Part shown: positions 50,501 through 62,400 of the stretch, piece after piece | How the letters are laid out: every line of letters begins with the position of its first letter | How positions within the stretch are numbered: the stretch's first letter is position 1 | Source: an uncultured virus (IMG/VR IMGVR_UViG_3300044701_001189) | Taxonomy: Duplodnaviria; Heunggongvirae; Uroviricota; Caudoviricetes | Length of the DNA stretch: 64,000 nt | Strand: one strand, 5' to 3' | Virus record (IMG/VR): IMGVR_UViG_3300044701_001189 | Program-made: the position numbers and the translations under genes | Notes under the pieces: model-generated | The model's database searches: none | The model's input: only the letters and a program-made list of their open reading frames with translations | Told to the model about the DNA's origin: nothing

Positions 50501-50629
50501 AAAGTAGCAGAAATGTATTCAAAACAGTATATTAGTGGAAATTCTCAAACTCCTGGTGTAGACGCAAGTACAATGGATCCTCGTATGATGATGATGTATA
50601 TGCAAATGATGCGAAATCAAGGACGTTAA
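47597..50629 (+). CDS. Putative cargo / ejection protein
   Basis: ATG at 47597 just after the upstream TAA (ORF track starts at TTG 47588); EAEGGE...GKRHSQGGV...IFSD crAss-like cargo motif; Pro-rich linker; Met/Gln/Ala-rich C-terminus. Confidence 0.6.
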   Translation: MARKIKINKLPAGYHMMPDGTIMRDSDHKMMTGGNVLRDVSETKDFNLEAEGGETIVTDKTGDGLPEHYAIEGKRHSQGGVKMKESAGSFIFSDTPKMKIGKELNSFFNKSESKSYTPAEIAKQYIDMNDDKRALMDKNSDKLEQSTAALNMFNKTYKLGGLAMAQEAKKNFPDGIPQIASLYAQLNGIATSDSVMPGGMQQAKYGAQVKMYQEGEQVDNETLPEATVVAEKLPLQFRKGERVYINDQPYMSSRVAGKWNPFKENYNIYTNEAGNGEVYIPSDTYLNQGIANAAIGKPGKQMNWRGVTPVDERAMMSDNPFASKKYYQYQPVSFSRMQGVQNEVPSAYSLGTYNNQFGETQNFNLAPNTSFIYEAPGVFSEAQQYSVVNPFISRDQELSGGFQVKVKNEEGRETYLPAEALQQAFAQGMIGLPAGDGSFYYPQANENYTVPAKSGKSKDKKSGVQSLQDLNNQLSAPQDTVWGESFKYGGPKYEKGGPITPFTVNGVTRYRYNGVDYDTREAAIAQRTKDQGTASSTTRSAGSTSTPTPRKQEIKAIDKEALEVLTRYGANPTLPEGWASDPNTSLYANTQAFNPSSGAYEGAAARLPQFYQYWKDRGADVSGLYDASGNVRQLKAEDEAFGNLQDYITQYNQPRIDAFIADRQAKGQTLSPEEINLLKRRYTFAAPGTTGVHRSELRDAKAGERSVNMGAFEYTDVPPPKTPPATPPKTPPVPPLEPPTEIPPAEPPYTPPFPQDEIAVASAFANNAFINKYPSWTPQVQLPRVRPTFLDPRYANAAAQSSAQMAMDASNVFAGNESVARAMNAMTQGQSADKQIGNISNIGMQNVGIANQMAGASAEMAAREQMINTQLQKTGYDQNVLAADNYDKERSMNMLQNTLPAVQNLMTNWALAKSFPYMTPNYRVDTRGYGTIVPNPGAAKTKLTPGSAGSAVPTFAEYRNRFPDVTADKVAEMYSKQYISGNSQTPGVDASTMDPRMMMMYMQMMRNQGR

Positions 50630-50663
50630 ACTTTTATAGTTTAATAAACTTCAAGGATTTTGA

Positions 50664-50679
50664 GTATATTAATAATATA
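50664..50679 (+). promoter_or_regulatory. Putative late promoter motif GTATATTAATAATATA
   Basis: GTAWATTA copy ending 2 nt before the 50682 ATG (near-leaderless). Confidence 0.5.
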
Positions 50680-50681
50680 AT

Positions 50682-53453
50682 ATGGCAAGTTACCTAACAC
50701 AGCCCTCAGTAGCTAAGATTGAGCCCTTCAGACCCAACTGGGATTTTTTACTGAAGGTGGCTAGCACTGCTCAGCAGCGCTATGATACTAACTTGGCTAA
50801 AATTGAAAACCTTTACGGTACTCTTCTAAACTCTCCTATGAGTAATGATTCTAACATTGAAAGAAGAGATCAATATTTTAAGCAAGCTCAAGCTCAGATA
50901 AATAGAATTGCATCTATGGATTTGGCAATGCCAAATGTTGTAGAGCAAGCTACTAATGTATTTAATCCTATTTTGGATGATGAATACATTCCTTATGATA
51001 TGCAGTGGACGAAGGTTTTTAATAATCAGTTATCTTCTGCAGAAAGATTTAGAAACTCTACAGATCCTAATGAAAGATCTAAGTATTGGGAAGCTGGTGT
51101 AAAGGAGCTAGATATTATTAAGCAGAAGTTTAAGAGTTCACCCGTTGATCAGATTAAGAATATCGGTGTTCCTAGATATACTGAAAAGGTAGATGTCTTT
51201 ACAAGGGCAAATGAAATTGTAAAGCAGCAGTTTGGAAGTGATGCTATGATTATGCCTTCAAAGCAAGGTGGATATCTTATACATACTTCTAATGGTCCCA
51301 TTGCATATGGACCGTATAAAATGGCAATTAGTGCAGCTCTTCAAAACGATCCTAACGTCAGCGCTATGTACAGAACAATGTACAATGTTGGTGAACATGA
51401 TTTTGTAAATCAGAACTTAGGAGTTTACGGCAATGAAGATGCAGCTAGACTTGCTTATGCAGAGCAAATCATTTCTGAGAATGAAGGTCTGGTTCAACGA
51501 GACTTTTTTGGAAAGATTGTTAGCAGTCGTCAACAGCTTAAAGATGATATTGAAGGTCATGAAGCTGTGATATCTAAGGATGGCGTTGTACCAGGATCTA
51601 ATGATCACGTTGAATATCTTAGAAAGATCCAAGCTTTAACTAGTCTTGATAATCAAGAACAGAGTGAGCAGGTACAAGCTATTATTACTCCAGCTGCTAA
51701 TATGCAAGAGATGCGTAATAAAGCATTGAGCACATTTTATCTTAATAATCTTAACTCTCAAGTTGAGAATGCCGCAAGAGCACAAGCTTATAAAGGTTAT
51801 CAAGTTAAAATGGAAGAGGATCAGTTTGCTCTTAACCAACAGAAGTTTGGTTTTGATCAGCAAATGAAACAGCTTGAATTTAGACTTGGTATTCAAAAAG
51901 GTTATCTTGAGCATCTTTGGAAGATGGATGAAGAAGCTGCTAAAGGAACAGGTGGAACTTCAGGTCTCAATCTTGGTGCTCTTGTTGGATCTGGTAGTGG
52001 CGTTATGGTAAGTCCAGAAGCTCCAGGTGGACTTGCTGTTGATGAAATGCCAGCCGGTGCAGCAAACGAGCAAGCTTTAACTAGTTATGAAGGGCAGATT
52101 CTTAAAGATCAAGCAATGTATCTTCAGAACTATAGTAGAATACTTGGCAGGGAAGCTGTTGAATATAATGGTCAGGCTGTTCCCTTTAAAGATTTAAACG
52201 CTCTTGCAGCTACTCCAGAAGGTCGTCAGTTTATTATGAATGCTTATTTAGAAGCTCATAATAACTCTTCAACCAATCCTGCAATTAAGAATAATGCTGA
52301 TCTTATGACTCTACGTTCTAAGATTCAAAGAAACGTGGCTAGTTATAGTAAAGTTTCATCAGAAGTTGATGAAGCTGACATAAATATTTGGAACAGTTTT
52401 GCTTCACAACAAGAGAATGCAAAGAAGCTTGCAAACGCTACTGCTGGTTCAGCATTTATTAACAGATCAACAGGTCGCCCTGTATCACTTGCTGAATATA
52501 CTGCAGCTTACGCAAGAATTGAAGGAGAGTCTATAGAGGATGTTAGAGAAGATGCTGCTGATGAGTACAATAGAACTCTAAAAAATTATACAGAGCACTA
52601 TAATAAGTACATGACTTCAAGCGCTAGACAAAAACTATTTGGTGGTGTAGAAGGTCTTGGTGCAGGAAGCGGTATGTATCCTGGATATACAACTGTATTT
52701 AATGGTCAGGCTCTTAATCCTGATGCAGCCAAGATGATGAATGAGATGGCTCTTACTTTACAGAATGCTAGAAGATCTGGAAATGCGATATTTCAGTCTG
52801 GCAATCTTGCACAGATTGGTGATAATGATCCTGGAATGGCGGATGTGTACCAAAGAGTAATTGCAGATATTGTTGCTAGACAAGGTAAGGATGCCTCTGG
52901 AGCTCCTATATTCTCACTACAATATCAATCAGTTGCTGGAGGAGATCCTGCAAAAGCGGGTTACACACTTACTCTTGATAGTGAATATGCAAAGAAATGG
53001 GTAGGAGATCCTGACAAAGGATTTCTTATTGATGAAGAAAGTGACTTTGCTAAGAATCTCCAGTTTTCTATCTCTTTTGATAAAGACTTTGATCAAAGCT
53101 CTTATAGATACTCTAACCAAAAGGTTGATGGAGTTGAAGCTACTATGAGACAAAATCCTATGGGTACTTACTATCAGGATGGTCCTTACAACTCATCTAT
53201 TTATATGAGAGAGTTGCTTGATGGTAGTGTAGAGGTTACTCAAGCTTTTGGAGCTATTGATCCATCTACAGGAAAAGTAATAACTAACCGTTCAAGTCAG
53301 GTATTGCCATCTCTTGTTCCAGGTCAGTATGAAGCTATTCTTGATCAGTGGACTGCTAACTTACAGGCAGCATCAAAAATTAACGAACAAGTTGAAAGAA
53401 ACTTTAAAGGAAATAACGGCGCAGTAAAAGATAAAGGCACACTAGTAAAATAA
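50682..53453 (+). CDS. Putative ejection / cargo protein preceding the virion RNAP
   Basis: 923 aa, largely helical; PFRPNWDFL..V....QQRYD N-terminus typical of this crAss-like gene; gene order. Confidence 0.55.
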   Translation: MASYLTQPSVAKIEPFRPNWDFLLKVASTAQQRYDTNLAKIENLYGTLLNSPMSNDSNIERRDQYFKQAQAQINRIASMDLAMPNVVEQATNVFNPILDDEYIPYDMQWTKVFNNQLSSAERFRNSTDPNERSKYWEAGVKELDIIKQKFKSSPVDQIKNIGVPRYTEKVDVFTRANEIVKQQFGSDAMIMPSKQGGYLIHTSNGPIAYGPYKMAISAALQNDPNVSAMYRTMYNVGEHDFVNQNLGVYGNEDAARLAYAEQIISENEGLVQRDFFGKIVSSRQQLKDDIEGHEAVISKDGVVPGSNDHVEYLRKIQALTSLDNQEQSEQVQAIITPAANMQEMRNKALSTFYLNNLNSQVENAARAQAYKGYQVKMEEDQFALNQQKFGFDQQMKQLEFRLGIQKGYLEHLWKMDEEAAKGTGGTSGLNLGALVGSGSGVMVSPEAPGGLAVDEMPAGAANEQALTSYEGQILKDQAMYLQNYSRILGREAVEYNGQAVPFKDLNALAATPEGRQFIMNAYLEAHNNSSTNPAIKNNADLMTLRSKIQRNVASYSKVSSEVDEADINIWNSFASQQENAKKLANATAGSAFINRSTGRPVSLAEYTAAYARIEGESIEDVREDAADEYNRTLKNYTEHYNKYMTSSARQKLFGGVEGLGAGSGMYPGYTTVFNGQALNPDAAKMMNEMALTLQNARRSGNAIFQSGNLAQIGDNDPGMADVYQRVIADIVARQGKDASGAPIFSLQYQSVAGGDPAKAGYTLTLDSEYAKKWVGDPDKGFLIDEESDFAKNLQFSISFDKDFDQSSYRYSNQKVDGVEATMRQNPMGTYYQDGPYNSSIYMRELLDGSVEVTQAFGAIDPSTGKVITNRSSQVLPSLVPGQYEAILDQWTANLQAASKINEQVERNFKGNNGAVKDKGTLVK

Positions 53454-53472
53454 ACATTTTAAAAATACCACA

Positions 53473-56400
53473 ATGGCTGATATGACTAATAGCTTGGGTG
53501 GTCCTACTTCTCTGACAAACGCGTATGGCGTTAGTGCTCCTAGTGGAGCAGAAGCTGGACTTGAAAGATCGCTCAGAATGCTTGAGCAGTTTAAAGGTGA
53601 CAATCCTCAATGGTTTTCTACCAGTGGAGGTTTTACCAATGATCCAGTTAAAAATATTGAATCGCTTGCAAACAAGCCTTTTGATTTAAGTCAGACTTAT
53701 AGGGCACCAGGCTACCAGGAACCAATCACCTTTGGTAAAGATGTTGTCAACTTTGATAGATACTATAGTCATCCATCTTTTAACAAGCTAGGTTTCAATC
53801 CTCTTAGAGATAATGAAACCTTTTATAATGAAAACTCTCACTGGACTGAGGACTATGCAAGAATGGGTTCCCAATTTGGGAAACTTTTTGGTGCTGGTTT
53901 TGTAGGCACCTATGAAACAATAGGTGATATTTTTCAGGGTGAGAACTTTTCATACTCTGATGATATCTCTAAGACCTATGAAAAAGCTTCTAACATTGGA
54001 AGCAGTACTCGTGGTGGTTTAGTTGGTTTTGGTAATAACCTCCTGCTAAACTCTGCGTATACGTTTGGTATTATTACCGACTACTTTACTACAGAATTAG
54101 CTCTTGCTGGTCTTACATATCTAAGTGGTGGTACAGCAGCTCCAGTTACAGGTGCAGCAGCGGTTGGTAAAACAGCACAATTTACAAAAGCTCTTGGTGG
54201 TGTTTGGGATATATACAAAGCAAGTAACAGCGTAAAAAAAGTTACTAATGCTATTGACGCCGCACAAGATGTAACTAAACTGAAAAGATTCTGGCAGAGC
54301 ACTGTTTCTGGTCTTAATCCACTAGAGAATACAATGCAGTTTGCAAAAGAGCTTGCTGCTACTGAAGGTCAGATATACAAGATGACTAATCTTGCTAAGA
54401 CTACCAGAGGTTTTGGTGCATTCTATAAAGACGTTAAAGCTGCCTCAATGACTTGGTCTGAGTCAAAGCTTGAAGCAGGTATGGTAGAGCAAGAAGTTAA
54501 AGACGAGCTTACCAATAAGTTTATTCAGACAAATGGAAGAGCTCCTGTGGGCCAGGAGATGCAAGATATTGAAGAGAAATCGTATGCTGCTGCAAATACT
54601 ACAGCATTAACTAACGCTCCTCTAATCTATGCAACAAACGAAATTACTTTTGGTACTCTGTTTAAAGGTTATACCCCTTTAGGAGACGTAGCTGAGATTG
54701 CTGGAGATGGTGTTCTTGGTAGGTTTACTAGGAAAGCTGCAGAGAAGGGCAAGATTCTTTATGAGAAGAAGCCTGGAGCATTTAAAGCTGCTGTAAATTT
54801 TGCAAAGAAACCTTCATTAAAAGGCGCCACTGGGTACTTAACTACATATGCTGCAGGCAACTTCTCTGAAGGTATTCAAGAGATTGGTCAAGAAATTATA
54901 TCAGCTGCAGCTAAGGACTATTATACGCATGACGTAAATGATCCGGGTTTTGCTTCAGCTGCAAGTTGGTCTGCAAGTCTCGGAAGAGCAACTAAAGAGC
55001 AGTACAGTGCACAAGGTTTAGAAACATTCCTTTCTGGTTTCTTAATGGGTGGTGTTGTTACTCCAGTAACTAAAGGAGTTTACAATGTTCCTAATCTTAT
55101 TTCAAGGGTATACGATCCTAAAGCTTATCAAGAAAAGAAAGCTGAAGAGGCAAAAAGAGATCAAAAGATTCTAGATTCTCTTAATGAGGTAGGTAATGAC
55201 GTAGATTCATTCTACAAAAGTCTTGCTCAAGCATTTGGTAGAGCAAGAAAGATTGGAAATACTGCGATGGAAGCTGGCTTAAATAACGAGCAGCTTGCAC
55301 AACAGCACGCAAAAGACGCTGCTCTTTTTGAAAAGGCGCACATGCTGATGAGAACTGGTGCTATGAATGAGCACATTAAGTATCTGTCAGATCTTAAGAA
55401 GCTTTCTTTCCAAGAAATTAAAGAGGCTATTCCTCAACTTTCTTCTAGAACAGAAGAGGAAACAGTTGCTAAGCTTGACAAGGTTATCAATAGAATGCAG
55501 GAGCTTGCAAAAGACTTTATAACTATTGAGAAAGAAGTTAAGAATCAATACAAACCTTCTCTTTATCAGAAAGGAACTCCAGAGTATGAGGCGGAGGTTC
55601 ACTCTTATCATGCAGTTGAAGAAGCAAAGCGTCAGATGCTTTTCTACAAGCACGCTATTAAGAGACACTTTGAAAGAAATGAATCTATCATTAATGAAGT
55701 AAAGGCTAATCCTGCTGTAGCTAAGGCTGCTTACAGTGACTTTGCTGTAATGTTTGATGAGGATTCGCTTCTTAATGAAATTGAAGTTCTTAAAAAAGAA
55801 ACTCTTCTTACTACAGAAGACGCTGAACAGCAAGCAATAATTAATAATAAAAAAGAACGTCTTGCCATTCTTCAAGAAATGAAGGAGGGCATTGATAAGT
55901 CTAAGACTACTAGAAAAGACGGATCTGTATATACAGATAGAAGAAAGCTTAATTATATACAGCCTGCATACGAGAAGTTCTTAGAGCACCTTGCAAAAAC
56001 TACAGGGTCTACTATAGATCCTCAAAATGCAAGAAAGACTTTGTCTTTGATCTTTGATAGCAAGACACTTGTTTCAAGTGCTGCAGATCTTCAAGGTATT
56101 TATAATATTCTTGCGGATCCTGCAGGGTTTAGAGATGCTCAAGTTAGAATTTCTGAAGTTGCAAAATCGCTTTTTGAAGAAAGAAAGACTCAGTCTCAAG
56201 CAATTGTTGATAGAGTTAATCTAAACGAAAAGCAAAAAAGCTTTATCGAGAATCTTGCAAAAGCTGGAATTGTTATAGCTCCTGAAGAGATTGAAGCTTT
56301 TCTAGAAAAGAACATTCGTCCTTCTAAGTTCTACTCTATAAGATCTACTGATTTAATTACACCAGAAGATCCAGAGTATATGATTGCTATGGTTGCGCTT

Positions 56401-59400
56401 GCTGCGTATTACAATCAAGCAAAAGAACAGCAGAAGGGTAATGAAGGAGATACTGTTGCAGCAGAAACAGCTGCATCAAATGCACAAAAAGCTGAAACGG
56501 TTAGTGAGAATTTAAGTGAAGCTGTAGATAATCTTGACACCTATTTTCAGAATGCCATCTACGCGTTGTACGATAGTGCAACACGAGGTCAAGAGTCTGC
56601 AATGAGTTTTCAAGAGTGGGAGCTTACACCGGCTGGAGAGAATGCAATTAGAGCATTTACTGAAATTCAGGAGATGTACAATGCCGCTAATACTGCAGAT
56701 TCTGTAGCTCAGTGGGTTGAAGACAATAAAGGCAGCTCTAGACTTAGAGATACTCTTATTAAGTACAATCTAAATATTGGTGCAGTTAGTGGATTGCTTA
56801 CAGATCCTAATGTATTTGTAAATGAGACTCGTCCTGCTGGTTATGATTTAGAGACAACTAAAGGAGATAATGGTTTGTTTATTCTTAGTACTACAGTAGG
56901 AACAGATGAGCAGGCAACAAAGGTTTACTATGTTGTAGATAACAGATCAAACTTTATTGGAGATAAGTCTTTTAAAACTCTTGATGAAGCTCAAGCTGGT
57001 AAGAGAGAACTTGCAGAAAAGTATGCGGCAGAAAGCCAGAAGTTTCTATTTAATGGTGTAGCTTTCTACGCTGGTCAAGTTGTAAACAATGGTAGAGGCG
57101 TAACCTATAAGGTTCTTACAACTAGAAAGGAAGCACAGAAAGCTATTAAAGATTCTGAGACCAATCCTGCGATAAAACCTATCCTTAGATTACAAGTTGT
57201 TGAAGACTTAAATAATGCCCAGCGTGTAGGTACTGTAGAAGAAAAGACTTTTGTAAGTGGCAATCAAAGATTGATTCCTGGTCAGTACAAAGATTTTGAA
57301 AGTAATGAGCAATACAAGATTCTTGACCTTTGGAAGTATACCAAGATTTATGCAGCTCGTACAGAAGCTGATCTTGCTGAAGCTGCAAAGACTCTCGATA
57401 AAGCTACTGATGATCCTGAAGTTAGATCTCTTGCCGATAAGCTTGCTGAAAAAAGAGTAAAAGAACTTCTTGAAAATACTCCTGCTGAGGAGCTCCTTTC
57501 AAGAATGGGAGTGAAGATTACCAAGAACAATAACTGGTCAGAAGGATATCTAACAGTAGATGGTAAGTTCAATCCTCACGTTAAAGAACGCAAAGAAAAG
57601 CTTGCAATTGGAATTACTCTTGACGGTGAGGTTATAGGTTACTCTAGAAGTATTCAGAACGTTCAGTTCTTAGATGCTGATGGAAATACAATCCCATACT
57701 ATGAAGCTTTTAAAAATAGCTTAATTCTTAGAAGAGTATTTAAGTATCAAGGTGAGGGTGCAGCTCCAATTGCAGAGCTGAGAAGTAAAGCTAATGCTGC
57801 GTTTTATCAGGCATTTAGAATTTATGAGCTTGCAAATGAAGCACTAGCTGGTCAAAATGAAGTAGTTCTTTCTCCAGAAGAAACAGCAAAAGTCTTTGGA
57901 TCTTTTGTTATTGGTGATGGAGCTTATGCTTTTGCTGAGCCAAATGAAGTTGTTACTATGGACCAACTTCAGTACTCACAGATTGAGGGTGGTTACTACA
58001 TTATAGATAGAGCAAGCACCGCAAAAGGTGGAGATGCAAGAGGTACTAAGAAAACAGGTTTTGTAGAACTTACTACCCTTCGTGGAAAAGCTAGAGAAGC
58101 AGCAAAAGCAAAAATTGATGCAGCACTTGAAGCTTCACCAAACCAGTTAGATAATAGAGGTAGATACATTCTTGCTGTAGAGATGCCTAACGGTAAGGTA
58201 CGTTTTGTATCACTTAAGGCACCTGTAGTAGATGAAGCTACTCAAACAGGATTACTTGAAGGTCTTGCAACTCTTGCACAAGATGCTGTAGCTAACGTTG
58301 ATAATGCTACGTATACTAACACAGAGGCAAACAAAGACATCATTGATAGCAAGATGTACATTGCTCTTGGTGCTGGTCAGCACGCCAAACTCAGAGTAAA
58401 CGCATCCGGTCAACTTACTCTACAACTTGCAGATAACCTTGCAATGAAAGGAGCTTTTGAAATTAATAGCTCTAGAGATATTGTTGCAGAACCCTTTGAA
58501 AATATGCAAGATTTTGTAGATCATCTTAATGATCTCGTCTCTAACAATAGAGATGTTATTAAGAACTACAAGATTAAAAACATTCAGTTTAAGACATCTT
58601 CTTTTAGAACTAGCATTTCTCAAGGTGCTCAGGCTAAGCAGCTTGTTGATCTTAACATGGAGACTGATGTTAAGCCTGAAGTTGTAGGTAATATTTCATT
58701 TAGAGTCAAGCCTCTTAGTAAAGAAAAGCCTGCAGTTGAAGAGTCTGAAAAGCAAGAGAAAGCTGAACAGTCTGGTTTTGGAGATATCAGAGCTATTCTT
58801 GAAGAGAAAAGAAAGAAAGCAGAAGCTGAACAAGCTGCAAAAACAGATACTGGCGCTATTGATGCTTTGTCTGCCTTAGGTCAACAGTCAGCAAACATGG
58901 CTCCTCCCCAAGAACCAGCAACTCCAACTGAAGGACTTGTTCAAAGAAGAGCTGAGCTTAACAGATCATTACAGGATATTAGAAACACAGTAAGAAAAGA
59001 ACTTCTTGCATCTGGTGTTCCTGCTGCCGAGGTAGTTGCTCAAAGAGACTCTGACTCTAGAGTAACCAGTATACTTACTGAACTTGCAGAAATTGAAGCT
59101 AAGCTTAACGCTGGCTCTGCTAAAAAGGTAATTCGTAAACCTGTTAAACAGTACGCTGAAGAAGACGCTACTAAAATTGATGAGTTCATTGATTGGGTAA
59201 CTAAGAATCTTCCAAGAAACATTAGCGTACAACAAGTACAAACTCTTCAAGATAATCTTCATAATGGTAACATCACTGTTGGTGAGTTTATTATGAGTAT
59301 TACTGCTCTTGGTACAAATATCCCAGGGATTAAAGGAAAGATTAGAGTTGGTGCATCTACTCCATTTAAGTACCATGAGGCTTTTCACGCTGTATTTAGA

Positions 59401-62400
59401 ATGCTTCTTACTGAGGAAGAAATCAGTAAGTATCTAAGTATTGCAAAGAAAGAAGTTAACGAAAAGCTTAGATCTGCATCTGGTTATAAGATGGCAGGTT
59501 TAAACCGTTCTTATAAAACCTTAAAGGGTGCATTAAATGCTCTTCGCAAGATGGATCCCATGTATGAGGAGATGTCTGAGCAAGAGCTTGAGAATACACT
59601 ATATGAAGAATACTTAGCTGACCAATTTGAAGCTTGGAAGAAAGACATTAAAGTAGAGACTTCCCCTACAAATAAAAGTCTATTTGCTAGAATTGTAGAT
59701 ATTATTGTTAATCTATTTACAAAAGGATTTAAGAAGAATAGCTACAACAACTTGTTTCAGGAAATTGAAAACGGCAAGTATTCTAACGCTGATATTCAGT
59801 CTAATAGATTTACAGATCTGATTGAGAATGGCGCTCCTGTAATTGTTGCACTTAAAACTCTTGTTACTGGACAAGACTACATTACTATTAATGGTAAACT
59901 AAGAAGAGTCAACAAGTACTTTGCCGGTGATGCTTCTATGAAACTTATCACAGGTATTGCAGTAGCAAAATTTAGAATGGACACTGAGGCTTCTGAGTTT
60001 AGAAACCTTTCCGATGAACAGAAGTACGATAAGATTTTTGCTGACTTTGAAAGTCACTATGACTATCAGGACGAGGCATATGTAGTTCGTGATGACTATG
60101 AATACATTGAGTCAATCCTTAGAGATTACAACACTGTACTTGTAGAAAACAGAAAAGAGCTTGTAGAAGCTGCAGAAGAATACCTTGCTTCATTAAATTA
60201 TAATGCAGAAGAGCAAGAGGATTCTATGGAACTTGTAGAAGATGATCTTGGACCTAAAGGTGCTGAGGATAGTTCTACAGAAAACAGAAAAGAAAAACAT
60301 ACTATTGGTGGTATGAAGTCTCTTTCTGCTTGGGTAAGACTCTACATTCAAAGTACAACTGTACCACAGGGAGCTTTTGGTAGACCAATTGCAGCAGATA
60401 GCTACGCTATTAACGTCATCAATGGTGCTCAGATATACAACGGTTTGTTGCATGTACTTGAAGGAACAACTAAAATGGAAGAACAGCTTTCTAAGCTTTC
60501 TTCAATGCTACCCTTGGCATACAGTTCAAGACCAACAGCTACATCCTTATTTGTTAAAAAGCTTTTCACAGACTTCAATATTCAGTTTGATGAAGACGGT
60601 ACTCTTTTAAAAGACAGCATTAATAATCCTGCAAAGCTTATGGGTATCCTAAAAGCTTTCCAGAAGTTTAGAGTTGACTACAAATTCTTCTCTTTTGATC
60701 CTCAGGGTGGTGTAATTAGAGTAATTAATGCAAACCAGAGAGATGATTCAAAGACTCAGTTTGAGTACTGGAGATCTGCATTTTATTCAACTGTAGCTTA
60801 CAGAGGAATAGAAGCTACTTACACAGATACTAAAGCAGCCCTTGAAGATATTTCAACTGTTGTTTCAGAAGGAGTTGAGACAGATCTTGATGTATTCATT
60901 GAGCTGTCTGATAAGTTGTATAACGCATCTGGCATCTATATGGAGCCAATGTATTTACGTTATTCAACTCTAAGTAACTCTGAAAACAGAACACCAGAAG
61001 ATGAGCTTTTTGTAAGATCGATTACTGCAGAACCATTGTCTTTGGAAGGTGTAAATGCTATTGTAAACAACCTTTCAAAGAAAGAAGATCCTTTTACTAG
61101 AGATGGTGAAACAGAAGAAGCTAATGATTTCTCTGGATCTGCGGGACGTATTCAAAAGATTGCTGCTGGTAACACAACCTTTAATGACTCTATTGGTGCT
61201 ACAAGTTTTGTAAATGCTGATAACGAGATTGTTTACGGTCATCAGATTCCAACTTATGAGCTTAAAAGAGCTCGTGAAGTAAGAGAGTTTGCTAAACCGG
61301 AGGTAATCGGTAAAGAAGATGAGTTTGTACAAAACAACATGCTTCTTGAGATGCCTGAATTCCTTGCACTTCTTTCTGACTTTGGAGTTTCAAGAGTTGA
61401 CGGTCTTAAGATTCAAGATTTAGGACTTGAAGAAGGAGAGGCTTACAGAAAAAATACTGCAAGAAACAAATCAATTGAGGGTACAACCTACACAAGGTTT
61501 AATGATTCTCAGTTTATGCACACGCTTCTTGCAATGTACTTGTCAGGAAGCGGTAACATCATGAATAAGAAGAAAACTTATCGTGATAAATCCGGCCTAC
61601 TAAAAACGGTGGGAACAGCTTTTGTAAACCTAGGTGTTATTGAATCAACCAGTACTATGGATATAGCAGAAATGCCTGTTATACCAATGGTAACACTAAA
61701 AGGTAACAAGGTAGTTTTATCTGAGCAGGGTGTTGCTGCAATTACAAGACTTATTAAGAGTGAGTATGATAATATTACAGCCGTACAGAATCAGATTAAC
61801 GGAACAGAACCTTATAGAGTAATTGATGGATATCATACTGGAGATCAAAGAGGTCTTAAGTTTGTTGATATGTTGGGCATTCTTCAGAATGAAGAACTAA
61901 GAACAGCATTAGAGACTGCAGCTAAAGAGGGTACTCCTTTTGAGCAAGCAGTATCTGAAAACTCTATTGACGCATCTATCAACGAGTTTTTTGCCAACGT
62001 TATTGATGAGAGCTTTACTATTATGCGAGAAGCAGGCATGCTTAAAGCAGATGCTGTTGTAGGTAAAGCCGGTATTCCATACGATATCATTAACGGTGTT
62101 ACTATACAGAAGAAGTCAGATACTTCTGATGGTATAATTGATGAAGAGCGTTCCGCTTTACTAAATCTTTTGGCTCGTACAGAAAAGAATAAAACTCTAC
62201 CAAGCAGCTTGATTCTTGAGCACAACTTGTCACAAGTTATTATGAACTCTTTTGTAATGGCTCAAAGTGCAAACAACTTGATGTATGGCCATACAGGAAA
62301 GCTTATTAATCCAAAGTCTCTTTCTGTAGCAGAGATTTCTAAAGAGTTTGTTAAGAGAGCAAAAGGTCGTCAAGCTGGCGGACCTACTGCAGACAGTTCT

